Shown: positions 10,359 through 19,616, counted from the first letter of the stretch. The stretch: DNA of 64,000 bases from Parcubacteria group bacterium RIFCSPLOWO2_01_FULL_48_18 (GCA_001824435.1 MHXH01000018.1:1458-65457); one strand, 5' to 3'. Program-made: numbers and translations. Notes: a model not told the origin generated them from the sequence alone.

Positions 10359-12218
10359 ATGCGGAAGAAGCGCATCTATTCCATGACCAATTTTAGCAAA
10401 AATATTCTTTGGGCAATTGCGACGCTTCTGCTCACGGCATTATTATTTGCCTCGCTCGCGGACAACCAAGAAAAGCCGCAGGTGATTTCTCTCAATGAGT
10501 TGGCCGCAAAAGCGAATGCCAACGAAGTGGCAAAAGTCGTCGTTCAGAAAAATGACTTGAAAATTGAACTCAAAAACGGCGGCAAGCTCGTGTCAAAAAA
10601 GGAATTCGATTCAAGCTTGACGGAAACGCTCGTGAATTTCGGCGTTGAAAAAACCGCGCTCTCGCAAGTGGCGATCGAGATTAAAGAAGAATCCGGATTC
10701 AAATTTTGGGCCAGCGTAATTATTCCAGCAATACTCCCGCTCATTTTTATCGGGTTCCTGTTTTGGTTTTTGATGCGCCAGGCGTCGCGCGGAGCAAGCC
10801 AGGCATTTTCGTTCGGAAAAGTAAATCTTAAACTGTTTACCCATTTCAAGGATAAGATCACCTTCAAGGACGTTGCCGGCCTTAAAGAAGCCAAAGAAGA
10901 ACTGAAAGAGGTCGTGGACTTTTTGAGCCATCCGAAAAAGTTTCTGGAAATCGGGGCAAGAATTCCGAGAGGGGCGCTGCTCATGGGCCCGCCGGGAACC
11001 GGAAAGACGCTTCTCGCGCGCGCAGTAGCCGGCGAAGCAAACGTGCCGTTCTTCCATATCTCCGGCTCTGAATTCGTGGAGATGTTCGTCGGCGTAGGCG
11101 CTTCGCGGGTGCGGGATCTTTTCGCCACCGCCAAAAAAGCAGCTCCGGCGATCATCTTCGTCGACGAAATTGATGCCGTGGGCCGCGAACGCGGCGCAGG
11201 GCTCGGCGGCGGCCACGACGAACGCGAACAAACCCTGAATCAAATTCTGGTTGAAATGGACGGCTTTGATCGCGATACCAATATCATTGTGATTGCGGCG
11301 ACCAATCGCCCCGACATTTTGGATCCGGCCCTGCTTCGGCCGGGACGCTTTGACCGCAGAGTCGTATTAGACATGCCCGACATCAATGACCGTGAAGAGA
11401 TTTTAAAAATTCATGCCAAAAACAAACCGCTCGCGGAGGGCGTCGATCTAAGAAAAGTAGCCACTCGCACACCAGGATTTGCGGGAGCAGATCTTGCGAA
11501 CGTAATAAACGAAGCCGCGATTTTTACTGCACGGCAGAACAAAAAAATAATCGAACAAAGTGCTCTCTACGAATCAATTGAAAAGGTGCTCTTGGGTCCC
11601 GAGCGTAAAAGCCGTATCATCTCGCAGAAAGAGAAAGAAATCACCGCGTATCATGAAGCCGGTCACGCGCTTGTTGCTTCAAGTTTGCCGAACGCCGATC
11701 CGGTGCATAAAGTTTCCATTATTGCGCGCGGGAGGGCCGGGGGGTACACATTAAAACTTCCCACCGAAGATCGCAACCTGCGCACGCGATCGCAATTCCT
11801 TACCGATTTAGCGGTATATCTTGGCGGTTATGCGGCGGAAAAAATCGTTTTCAAAGAACTGTCCACCGGGGCGTCGAATGACCTGAAGGAAGCATCCGAG
11901 CTGGCGCGCAAGCTCATCACCAAGTACGGCATGAGCGAAAAGTTGGGTCCCGTGACGTTCGGCAAGTCGGAGGAAATGATTTTCCTCGGAAGAGAAATTG
12001 CAACGGAGAAAAATTATTCCGAGGAAACAGCCGCCCAAATCGACAAAGAGGTCAATCGTTTTATCACGAACGCGTATCAGACGGCCCATGACGTCATCAT
12101 GAAGCATTTTAAGGTGCTCGAAGGGATCGCGCGAGCGTTGATTGAAAGAGAAACCCTTGAGCAGGAGGAATTCGTAGATCTTGTCAAAAAGTTCAAATTG
12201 AAACTGGTGGGAGCGTAA
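10359..12218 (+). CDS. ftsH: ATP-dependent zinc metalloprotease FtsH
   Basis: Two TM helices, [22 protein letters not shown]. The true start may be the second Met (10383). Confidence 0.98.
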   Translation: MRKKRIYSMTNFSKNILWAIATLLLTALLFASLADNQEKPQVISLNELAAKANANEVAKVVVQKNDLKIELKNGGKLVSKKEFDSSLTETLVNFGVEKTALSQVAIEIKEESGFKFWASVIIPAILPLIFIGFLFWFLMRQASRGASQAFSFGKVNLKLFTHFKDKITFKDVAGLKEAKEELKEVVDFLSHPKKFLEIGARIPRGALLMGPPGTGKTLLARAVAGEANVPFFHISGSEFVEMFVGVGASRVRDLFATAKKAAPAIIFVDEIDAVGRERGAGLGGGHDEREQTLNQILVEMDGFDRDTNIIVIAATNRPDILDPALLRPGRFDRRVVLDMPDINDREEILKIHAKNKPLAEGVDLRKVATRTPGFAGADLANVINEAAIFTARQNKKIIEQSALYESIEKVLLGPERKSRIISQKEKEITAYHEAGHALVASSLPNADPVHKVSIIARGRAGGYTLKLPTEDRNLRTRSQFLTDLAVYLGGYAAEKIVFKELSTGASNDLKEASELARKLITKYGMSEKLGPVTFGKSEEMIFLGREIATEKNYSEETAAQIDKEVNRFITNAYQTAHDVIMKHFKVLEGIARALIERETLEQEEFVDLVKKFKLKLVGA

Positions 12219-12233
12219 TAGTTGATCTTCCCG

Positions 12234-12254
12234 CCCCGCGTGTGCGGGGTTTTG
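12234..12254 (+). terminator. Rho-independent terminator after ftsH
   Basis: CCCCGC-gtgt-GCGGGG-TTTT. Confidence 0.7.
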
Positions 12255-12329
12255 TCTTGGTAGCCCCAGTTTTTTGTCGTACATGCGCTCAAGCTTTCAC
12301 ATGATCCGGCGGTCGGTTATAATAACACC

Positions 12330-13406
12330 ATGAGATTGGATAAAATTTTTAAAGAAGCCCTCGAGCGCGGCGCATCTGATATTTTCATCACTACGGGCAG
12401 CAGACCTGTGTTTCGGATTGCGGGCAATCTTGTTTTAAAAGAAGATCACGCCGTTCTCACCGATGAAACTGCGAGTTTGTACCTTTTTGAGATTATGGGG
12501 GAGGCGAATGTTAAGAAGTTTAAAGAAGAATTGGACATCGACCTTTCGATTGAGGTGCCTGCGGTGGCTCGATTCCGTGTGAACATATTCATGCAGCGCA
12601 AGGGAATCGGCGGGGTCTTTCGTCTCATCCCGTCTAAAATTCCCACCATGGAAGATTTGAGCTTGCCAGAGTCGTTTAAGAAGATACCCTCGTTTCAGAA
12701 TGGCCTTATACTCGTAACCGGGCCGACGGGCTGCGGTAAATCAACAACGCTTGCCGCCATCATCAACGACATCAATATAAATACGGATGCTCACATTATA
12801 ACCATTGAAGATCCGATAGAATTCGTCTACGAGAATAAAAAATCAATCATAGAGCAGCGTGAAGTCCGTACGCACACGCAAAGTTTTCAAAACGCTTTGC
12901 GCGCGACGTTACGCGAGGATCCTGATGTAATTTTGGTCGGCGAGATGCGAGATTTGGAAACAATCGCGCTCGCGATTACAGCCGCGGAAACAGGGCATCT
13001 GGTATTCGCCACGCTGCATACCAGCGGAGCCGCAAAGACAATCGACCGCATTATCAACGTTTTTCCCGGAGATCGTCAGGCCCAGGTTCGTTCTGAACTT
13101 TCCGAGGCTCTTCGAGCAGTCATTTGGAAAAAACTTCTGAAACGCGTGGATGGCGGAGTTGTGGGAGCGCACGAAGTCCTCTTCGTGAACACGGCAACGG
13201 CAAATCTTATTCGGGAAAACAAAACTCACCAAATTTCATCGGTGATAGAAATGGGCGTACAAGAAGGGATGCAAACGATGGAAAAAAACGTCGAGTTTTT
13301 GCTGGACCAAGGTATTATCAGTCTGGAAGAGGCGGCGAAACATCTTCCTCCGGAACAATTGGAAAAACTACAAAAATTGCAAAAGCAGCGCGGAAAACCC
13401 CGTTAG
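12330..13406 (+). CDS. pilT: Type IV pilus retraction ATPase PilT
   Basis: GPTGCGKS, TIEDPIE, LREDPD, AAETGHLVFATLH, ATANLIRE motif. Confidence 0.93.
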   Translation: MRLDKIFKEALERGASDIFITTGSRPVFRIAGNLVLKEDHAVLTDETASLYLFEIMGEANVKKFKEELDIDLSIEVPAVARFRVNIFMQRKGIGGVFRLIPSKIPTMEDLSLPESFKKIPSFQNGLILVTGPTGCGKSTTLAAIINDININTDAHIITIEDPIEFVYENKKSIIEQREVRTHTQSFQNALRATLREDPDVILVGEMRDLETIALAITAAETGHLVFATLHTSGAAKTIDRIINVFPGDRQAQVRSELSEALRAVIWKKLLKRVDGGVVGAHEVLFVNTATANLIRENKTHQISSVIEMGVQEGMQTMEKNVEFLLDQGIISLEEAAKHLPPEQLEKLQKLQKQRGKPR

Positions 13407-13579
13407 AACGGGCATCTCGCCAAGCTTGACTTGGCTTTGTGACCGACTGATAGAGTGTTAAGCTTCCATCAGTCATTGCTGTCGCCGACCCGCTTCGTCA
13501 AAGCTTCAACGAGACTAGCACGAATCAGCAGCGTTCTAGCGGGATAAATAATTCTTTCGGCGTCCATGCGTATACGACT

Positions 13580-13665
13580 GCCGAGGTGGTGGAATGGCAG
13601 ACACGCAGGACTCAAAATCCTGTGCTCGCAAGGGCATGAGGGTTCGACTCCCTCCCTCGGCACCA
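13580..13665 (+). tRNA. tRNA-Leu(CAA)
   Basis: GCCGAGG...CCTCGGC-ACCA; anticodon arm CAGGA-CTCAAAA-TCCTG; long variable arm; GGTTCGACTCC. Confidence 0.97.
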
Positions 13666-13790
13666 GACAGAAAAACATCGGCTCGAACCATATTTTACGG
13701 AATCGGGAATTTCTTTTTGCCCCGAAAACTCCATACGATTTGGTCGCCGAGCGAAGCGAGGCGACATCTGAATCTTTGACATTTCCAACA

Positions 13791-13878
13791 TGGTGCCCGG
13801 GGTGGGAGTCGAACCCACAAGCCCTGTTAGGGGCCGAGGATTTTAAGTCCTCTGCGTAAACCATTCCGCCACCCGGGC
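13791..13878 (-). tRNA. tRNA-Leu(TAA)
   Basis: GCCCGGG...CCCGGGC-ACCA; GAGGA-CTTAAAA-TCCTC; long variable arm. Confidence 0.97.
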
Positions 13879-13993
13879 ATTAAACTAAAATCTAGAATTT
13901 AAAATCCGAAAAAAAGTTCGCGGAGGCCACGGCGACAATTGCACTTTCGTATAACGGTTTTGTTCCCTATTTGTCCAAAATTGAAGAACAATT

Positions 13994-14053
13994 TTGGTTA
14001 CAAACAGCAATCCCGCTCAAAAATTGGTTACAAACAGCAATCCCGCTCAAAAA
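13994..14053. repeat. Exact 30-bp tandem duplication
   Basis: ttggttacaaacagcaatcccgctcaaaaa x2. Confidence 0.95.
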
Positions 14054-14061
14054 TTTGACCG

Positions 14062-14133
14062 AGGCCGGGATGGGAATCGAACCCACGTATAAGAGTTTTG
14101 CAGACTCTCGCCTTACCACTTGGCTACCCGGCC
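14062..14133 (-). tRNA. tRNA-Cys(GCA), no encoded CCA
   Basis: GGCCGGG...CCCGGCC-T; AGAGT-CTGCAAA-ACTCT; GGTTCGATTCC; U73 discriminator typical of Cys. Confidence 0.96.
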
Positions 14134-14285
14134 AAATTTTTGCGCGGGACAGACCGTCGTGTTAGCTACTTCACCACCCGGCCACAACTTTGCCCGAAAC
14201 AAATGACTACCACACTGCTTGGTTACCACGCCTGCGTTCAAGTTAAGAACGGGTTAAAAGTTTTTGGGGATTCTTAAGTTGGAAA

Positions 14286-14633
14286 TTACGCAGGGCGACT
14301 AGGGCGCATTGTCTCGTCAAGCAATTTATCTATCCTTTCCGCATTCGCGGACCCTCTATCAATTTTAAAAACCAGGTCGGGGAATGTCCTGATGTTAATT
14401 TTTTTGTTGACCATGCCCTTCAAATAGCGTCCCCGCGCCTGGAGCAGCGTTAGCACGCCCTCGGCTTTCCGAAAAGGATACACGGCTATTACTACCGTTG
14501 CCCTGGCCAAATCCTTGGTGGTTTGCGCATCCAGTACGGTTACCATCGCGCCTTCGAAATCGAAATCTCTTTCGATGATGGTCCCAAGCTCCCTTTTAAT
14601 CAATTCGTTTATTTTATCGATTCGGTGCTTCAA
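14286..14633 (-). CDS. rbfA: Ribosome-binding factor A
   Basis: R..KINELIKREL, VTV..TKDL..A.V, RTFPDLVF.ID; downstream of infB. Confidence 0.92.
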   Translation of the reverse strand: MKHRIDKINELIKRELGTIIERDFDFEGAMVTVLDAQTTKDLARATVVIAVYPFRKAEGVLTLLQARGRYLKGMVNKKINIRTFPDLVFKIDRGSANAERIDKLLDETMRPSRPA

Positions 14634-14653
14634 GATACTAAAGACTTCTCGAA

Positions 14654-16108
14654 TTAATAAAAGCGTAATTCGTCTCCTTCCTTAATTATAACATCGCCCT
14701 CGAATAAAATTCCCGCCTCGTTGTCTTTTTCAATCCGGTCAACGTCTTTGCGCTGAGACTGGAGATTGACGATTGTGCCGGATCCTGCTTTTTTCTCCCT
14801 GCGCCAGATTTCGACAGCTGCCTTATTTTTTATCTCCCCTGCCGTTATTTTTCCGCCAACCACTTGCCGTTTTTCAATACCGCGGAACGTGGCAAGTACC
14901 TTCATGACGCCCAGCGGCTCTCGGGGCAACCGCCTTTTAATTTCTTCCTCAACCGCCTTAAGCACGCGGTAAATAACATCGGAGGCGAAAATGGCAATGT
15001 GATTGTTTTTTGCAAGGTTCTCTGCCGATGTATGCACCTTCACATTGAATGCGGCAATTATCGATCCGGTCGAAATGGCCAAATTGACGTCGCCGTTTGT
15101 TATCTCTCCGACGCCAAAATCCACGATGCGAATTTCGATATTTTCTTTACCGAGCCCCTTGAGCAATTCGACAAGCGCCTCGGCAGATCCGGAAACGTCT
15201 GCCCGTACGATAATATTGTACACGTGTTCTTTGTCCGTTTTGAACGGTTGTAAACGAAGCGCGATAGTAACTTCTTCGCGGCGGCGGCGCATCTCTTCTT
15301 CAGCTGCCCTGCCGGCGATAAATTCTTCTCCCACCAGGGGCAATTCATCAAAACCGACAAGCAGCGCCGGCGCAGACGGCTTGACAAGCTTAATCCGCTT
15401 ACCGAAAAAACTCTCCATGATCCGTATTTTCCCTCTTGCGGTAGCAGTCACGATCGCTTCCCCTACTTTCAGGGTGCCGTTCTTCAAAATAACGCTCGCG
15501 GTTGTTCCCCTTTGAGGGTCTGTTCTGGCTTCAATGACGATGCCAGCCGGGTCCCCTGCCGGATCGTACGTCAAGTTTTGGAGCTCCACGGCGATAAGCA
15601 ACAAATCCAGCATCTCGCCGATGCCCTGGCCCGCTTTTGCCGACACTTCCTGATATGAAATATCTCCTCCCATGCCTTCCAGAAATACGCCGGCATCGAG
15701 TAATTCGCGCTTTGTCCTATCGACATCCGCGTTTGATTTGTCGACTTTGTTGATGGCAACGATAAACGGAATTTGCGCGGCCTTGATATGCATGATTGCT
15801 TCTTTTGTTTGTTCTTTAACTCCGTCATCTGCGGCAACAACCAGGATGGCAATATCGGCCACCCGCGCCCCTCGCTGCCGCATGCGCGAAAATGCTTCGT
15901 GGCCCGGCGTGTCAATAAACGTAATCCGCTTGCCGCCATGCACTATTTCATATGCTCCGATGGATTGCGTAATGCCGCCGGCTTCTTTGTCGACAACGTT
16001 GGTTTTCCGTATGGCATCCAGCATCTTTGTCTTTCCGTGATCGACGTGCCCCATTACGACCACCACCGGGGAACGTTCCTCTGGTTTTTTCACCCTTTTT
16101 ATGGTCAT
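14654..16108 (-). CDS. infB: Translation initiation factor IF-2 (short, lacks the long N-terminal domain)
   Basis: VVVMGHVDHGKT, GGITQ, DTPGHEAF, NKVD. Start set at MTIKR. Confidence 0.96.
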   Translation of the reverse strand: MTIKRVKKPEERSPVVVVMGHVDHGKTKMLDAIRKTNVVDKEAGGITQSIGAYEIVHGGKRITFIDTPGHEAFSRMRQRGARVADIAILVVAADDGVKEQTKEAIMHIKAAQIPFIVAINKVDKSNADVDRTKRELLDAGVFLEGMGGDISYQEVSAKAGQGIGEMLDLLLIAVELQNLTYDPAGDPAGIVIEARTDPQRGTTASVILKNGTLKVGEAIVTATARGKIRIMESFFGKRIKLVKPSAPALLVGFDELPLVGEEFIAGRAAEEEMRRRREEVTIALRLQPFKTDKEHVYNIIVRADVSGSAEALVELLKGLGKENIEIRIVDFGVGEITNGDVNLAISTGSIIAAFNVKVHTSAENLAKNNHIAIFASDVIYRVLKAVEEEIKRRLPREPLGVMKVLATFRGIEKRQVVGGKITAGEIKNKAAVEIWRREKKAGSGTIVNLQSQRKDVDRIEKDNEAGILFEGDVIIKEGDELRFY

Positions 16109-16192
16109 GGTACCAATATAGTGTACCATGAGCTTTGGTGAAATCAAGCGTTTTCAATACGAAAATGCTATGGTAGGGTGTATGGTAATCTA

Positions 16193-16591
16193 ATGATTTC
16201 TGATCGAATAACAATCGGAAAAATCGGAGAAAACCTTGCCGCCGAATACTTGAAAAAAGAGAGGTACGCGATTCTCGATCGAAATTTTAAGACAAAAATC
16301 GGGGAACTCGACATTATAGCGAAGGACAGAAAAAACGTCTTGGTGTTTATCGAAGTAAAAACCCTCGCGGTGCCGGAAAAAAATTTTAAAACCGAACAGC
16401 GGATTTTTCCGGAGGACCACCTCTCTCCAAGCAAATTGAAAAAACTTCTCCGTCTCGCCGAGCTTTATTGCGCCTTGCATGGCGACAAAATTTCCTCCGA
16501 TGCAGAGCGGCGTATCGATCTTGTTGCCATTGACCTTGATCTTGCAAGCGGGAAAACGCATATCCGCCACCTTGAAAATATTATGCCCTAA
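16193..16591 (+). CDS. YraN family (UPF0102) PD-(D/E)XK nuclease-like protein
   Basis: G..GE.LA.EYL, RNF....GELDIIA, VFIEVK, R.DLVAI. Confidence 0.9.
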   Translation: MISDRITIGKIGENLAAEYLKKERYAILDRNFKTKIGELDIIAKDRKNVLVFIEVKTLAVPEKNFKTEQRIFPEDHLSPSKLKKLLRLAELYCALHGDKISSDAERRIDLVAIDLDLASGKTHIRHLENIMP

Positions 16592-16667
16592 AGAAGCTCT
16601 TTGCCATTACCAATGTTTTTCTCAAAAACAAAAGCCCTGATGAATATCAAGGCGTTGAAGATGAGGA

Positions 16668-16958
16668 TTATTTTCCCCCGATGATTCTGCGAAGCAATGA
16701 GAGCGTAGAATTTTCCGTGATGAGCGGATTTTCTTTAAGTTGTCCGTTTTCAAACTTGATTTCGCGGTCATTCAACATTACGGTATAGTCCGTCACTCTT
16801 CCAAGCGGGTGCTGCCGGTCAATCTCGGCGATAAGATCGGAGAGCGTAGCGCCTCGCGGCACCGAAATTCTAACATGGGATCCATGGATGGTAACATCCA
16901 CCTCAATGGTGTCGGAGGGCGGTGCGCCTCCCGGTCTCGTCCGTTCTTGCTCGCTCAT
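16668..16958 (-). CDS. Ubiquitin-like (beta-grasp) protein, C-terminus ...LLRRIIGG-K
   Basis: 96 aa from an ATG preceded by AGGAG. Beta-grasp pattern (IEVDVTI..VRISVPRGATLSDLI...VMLND...ITENSTLSLL); diglycine followed by one residue; adjacent to E1/JAB/E2. Confidence 0.85.
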   Translation of the reverse strand: MSEQERTRPGGAPPSDTIEVDVTIHGSHVRISVPRGATLSDLIAEIDRQHPLGRVTDYTVMLNDREIKFENGQLKENPLITENSTLSLLRRIIGGK

Positions 16959-16992
16959 ACATGACTCCTGCTTTGGATTTTTCCGAGGTTCC

Positions 16993-17628
16993 TTAATCAG
17001 TATAAACGTTTGTTTCAATGGTTGGCAAGTGTTCCATATTCACAGCTATTTCCCACAACTCGCTTCGAGGAATTCTTGAGTTGGAAAAAAACGCCAGCGC
17101 ATTGGAAATTGCGGCCGCGACTACCCAGAGAGTAGGAATCGTTTCTTGATTCGCGCAGGGAGCCGGAACCCCTTCTTCATCGGCATGAAGCGTTCTTTCG
17201 TAGCGCTCGACCAAATCCGGATTGCGAGGGTCAAGAACGTAGACAAGCGCGACGCCTTCCCCGGTTCTTGCATCGATATAGAGAGGGATATTGGCGCGGT
17301 ATTTGCAGGCTTCAAAAACGGCTCTTCGCGCAGCCATGGAATCAACGAGCGTAACGACGATACCGTCAAATTCGTGAGCCGCATCTATTTTTTTGAACTC
17401 TGCTTCTACAGAAGACGTTTCCAGTTCATTGAGTATCTTCTGCAATACCGCCACCTTAGGATAGCCCACGTCGTCCAAGCGGTACAACTGGTTTAAAGCG
17501 TTACGGGGCTCGACGATATCGTGATCAAATACGGTAATTCGCCAATGGAAGGCGCCGGCCATTTTTGAAAGAAGAAACGTCGTGAAGCTTCCGAGGCTTC
17601 CCGCCCCCACGATGTTTATCGAGAACAT
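16993..17628 (-). CDS. ThiF/E1-like adenylyltransferase (Ubl-activating enzyme)
   Basis: IVGAGSLGS, D.DIVE..N..NQ, G.PKV, VDS..AR, IDARTG, candidate catalytic Cys in PAPC; no CxxC zinc pairs. Confidence 0.92.
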   Translation of the reverse strand: MFSINIVGAGSLGSFTTFLLSKMAGAFHWRITVFDHDIVEPRNALNQLYRLDDVGYPKVAVLQKILNELETSSVEAEFKKIDAAHEFDGIVVTLVDSMAARRAVFEACKYRANIPLYIDARTGEGVALVYVLDPRNPDLVERYERTLHADEEGVPAPCANQETIPTLWVVAAAISNALAFFSNSRIPRSELWEIAVNMEHLPTIETNVYTD

Positions 17629-18236
17629 TATTCGAAAATCCCGTCTAAGATGTAATCGAAGAGTTTTTCGAAGGGATCATAGACAATGTTCTGTTCGATA
17701 ACCGATTGGATGTGATTTTCTCGCTCGCGCATAAGATGCAGTATGTCTCTTTTTGTGGCTGGATCTGTAAACGCTAGTCCTTCGAACAAAAACGGCGGCT
17801 GCCTCACGGGCTTGAAAACGTCAAGGCGCAGATTCATAGATCCGCGCTTATTCAAGACCAGGCTCATCCACCATTCGTTTAGGGGAATGCTCGACCAGCT
17901 TTCAATGGTTTCATTGTCGGTCTTGCTGAAGCGGGATTCAAAGTATACATGGCTATGCCACCACAGCCGATATTTGTTGATGAGCGGACCTCGGCCTTCA
18001 CGCATCATTTCCTGCGTCCACTTCCCATGCGCCACGGGATCAAACTCCGTTCTGGAATACGAACAAACCTGTCTGAATATGACCGGTTCTCCCGTAATAG
18101 TATAGACGTTTCCGGTTTTCTCTACGAAACCGAGGCCGGATACTTCTGTGGGACAAAGGTGTACGGCGAGGAGCAGGTCTGCGAGCGTGAGAGGATTAAT
18201 GCAAGCTTGCGGTACATCATTATGTTCGCGGTTCAT
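17628..18236 (-). CDS. JAB/MPN+ metallo-isopeptidase (Ubl maturase/deconjugase)
   Basis: N-terminal Glu (TEVSGLG) and WWHSHVYFESRFSKTD = H-S-H-x7-S-x2-D. Confidence 0.9.
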   Translation of the reverse strand: MNREHNDVPQACINPLTLADLLLAVHLCPTEVSGLGFVEKTGNVYTITGEPVIFRQVCSYSRTEFDPVAHGKWTQEMMREGRGPLINKYRLWWHSHVYFESRFSKTDNETIESWSSIPLNEWWMSLVLNKRGSMNLRLDVFKPVRQPPFLFEGLAFTDPATKRDILHLMRERENHIQSVIEQNIVYDPFEKLFDYILDGIFE

Positions 18237-19486
18237 TGCCGCCTCCTTCGTTCATCGAGCTTTCCCGCGCGTAAAAGCTCAATCACCGCATGCAAATATT
18301 CTACAAAGGACGCGCGAGCATGAAGTTTGGAAAGCTCCTTCAGTGTGTGTGTATCAAGTATGAAATAACCGTTTGGGTCTACCTTTAGCGAGAGAGGGTG
18401 ATCGGACGGGATACCCCTAAGTTTTGGCAATGCATCGGATTTAATTTCGAGTTCAAGCGAAAGATTCCGGAAAGAAAAATTAATACAGAGAGCTGTTTCA
18501 TCGCTTTGCGGCGCATATTCTTGCCGGATCATGTACGCGCCCGCGCCAATGAAGGCCTCAATCTGCTCGTTAACATGATATTCCAAATTTGATGCACGCA
18601 TACGGTACCGCGCTAAAATTTTCTCTGCGCCCTTCATCTGATTCCGGAGATCTAAAACCCTGCTCAAATATTTTGAGAATTCTTCCTCAGCTTCTTTAAG
18701 AGCCTGGCTATTCAGTCTGTTAGCCCGTATAAGCTTGGCTTTGTGCAACAAAGCGGCATAGGCGCGTTTTGCCATCGCGCGTTCGTCGGGCGATCGGTAA
18801 CCAAACTCGAAAATAGGATCATACTGTTGCGGAGTTTCTTTTTTTGACGGCTCACGGAGAGGGACAGGATTCGCTTCGTCCCAGCGCAAAAATGAAAGCA
18901 GAAGATGCACAAGCGGGGCAATCTTGAAATCCGCAATGAGTTTAGAGATATCTTGGTTTAACGGACTTCCAAAACAAACAGAATATCCGGTTGCGCCGGC
19001 ATGCGGATGGCTGTGGGTGCCGCGATATTCGCCGGGAAGAAAGATTATACTGTCCTTAGTAAGATTTTCTTCGAGCAAACGTATGACGATATGAAATTGC
19101 CCGATGTCGTATTCGGTTTGTTGCGTTTTGCCCTCTATTTGCAGCCGAACAACCTGCATGATCCGCTTGGTGCATATACGCAAGTGGCCCTGATGTTCAT
19201 CAACCGAAATGAGTCGTACGCCCTCCATGGCCAAGATCTTTTCAAAATCATCGTCGAGGGTCGCGGCGCTTTCCCCCTCGCGCTTCAACTGTTCAAGGCT
19301 ATCCTGGAGTTCGGCAAGTTCAAGTGCCGCCCCATAACATTCGTCTTCCTCCTTGCTTAAAGCTTCTTTAAGGGCCCTAAGCCGCTCGGAGCCTCTTCTA
19401 AGTCGCTCTTGGTAATACGCACGGAGAAAAATCCGGAAGGCTTTCGTAAATGCGGCCTTCTCTTCGTTTCCCATCGCGAATTCCAC
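18233..19486 (-). CDS. Coiled-coil + prokaryotic E2/UBC-like protein (tandem active E2 and Cys-less E2-like halves)
   Basis: HPHAGATGYSVCFG resembles the UBC HPN...G.(I/V)C signature, followed by helices (LVHLLLSFL...NP). The second half repeats a coiled coil + HP...PNGYFIL without Cys. Stop overlaps the JAB start. Confidence 0.7.
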   Translation of the reverse strand: MEFAMGNEEKAAFTKAFRIFLRAYYQERLRRGSERLRALKEALSKEEDECYGAALELAELQDSLEQLKREGESAATLDDDFEKILAMEGVRLISVDEHQGHLRICTKRIMQVVRLQIEGKTQQTEYDIGQFHIVIRLLEENLTKDSIIFLPGEYRGTHSHPHAGATGYSVCFGSPLNQDISKLIADFKIAPLVHLLLSFLRWDEANPVPLREPSKKETPQQYDPIFEFGYRSPDERAMAKRAYAALLHKAKLIRANRLNSQALKEAEEEFSKYLSRVLDLRNQMKGAEKILARYRMRASNLEYHVNEQIEAFIGAGAYMIRQEYAPQSDETALCINFSFRNLSLELEIKSDALPKLRGIPSDHPLSLKVDPNGYFILDTHTLKELSKLHARASFVEYLHAVIELLRAGKLDERRRRQ

Positions 19487-19520
19487 CCTTCCGTACTGAT
19501 ATTTTTAAAAAGCTGTTGTT

Positions 19521-19549
19521 AGTATAGGATAAATTTTAACAATAGGCAA
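19521..19549 (-). promoter_or_regulatory. Sigma70-type promoter for the E2-JAB-E1-Ubl operon
   Basis: TTGCCT-17 nt-TATACT on the minus strand. Confidence 0.6.
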
Positions 19550-19565
19550 TTTTTTGAAAGCGGAG

Positions 19566-19596
19566 AAACAAATAAGACGCGCCGTCGCGTCTTATT
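19566..19596 (-). terminator. Hairpin/terminator after the AAA ATPase
   Basis: AATAAGACGCG-acgg-CGCGTCTTATT followed by TGTTT. Confidence 0.6.
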
Positions 19597-19616
19597 TACA
19601 GACAATTTTTTGAATA

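Larger units (their letters stand above)
13924..14183 (-). pseudogene. Split/interrupted tRNA-Cys-like gene: 5' half 14183-14150, 3' half 13962-13924, 187-nt insertion in the anticodon
   Basis: GGCCGGGTGGTGAAGTAGCTAACACGACGGTCTG + CAAAACCGTTATACGAAAGTGCAATTGTCGCCGTGGCCT joins to the anticodon arm ACGGT-CTGCAAA-ACCGT. The T-stem does not pair and the acceptor stem has a mismatch. Confidence 0.6.

Noticed and set aside
13994-14053. CRISPR array
   Set aside because: Two adjacent 30-bp copies with no spacer and no cas genes.
13469-14165. ORFs overlapping the tRNA cluster
   Set aside because: Shadow frames of tRNA genes and repeats.
16668-17628. ThiS/ThiF or MoaD/MoeB cofactor biosynthesis genes
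   Set aside because: No thi/moa genes nearby, E1 lacks zinc CxxC pairs, and E2-like and JAB genes are coupled to them.
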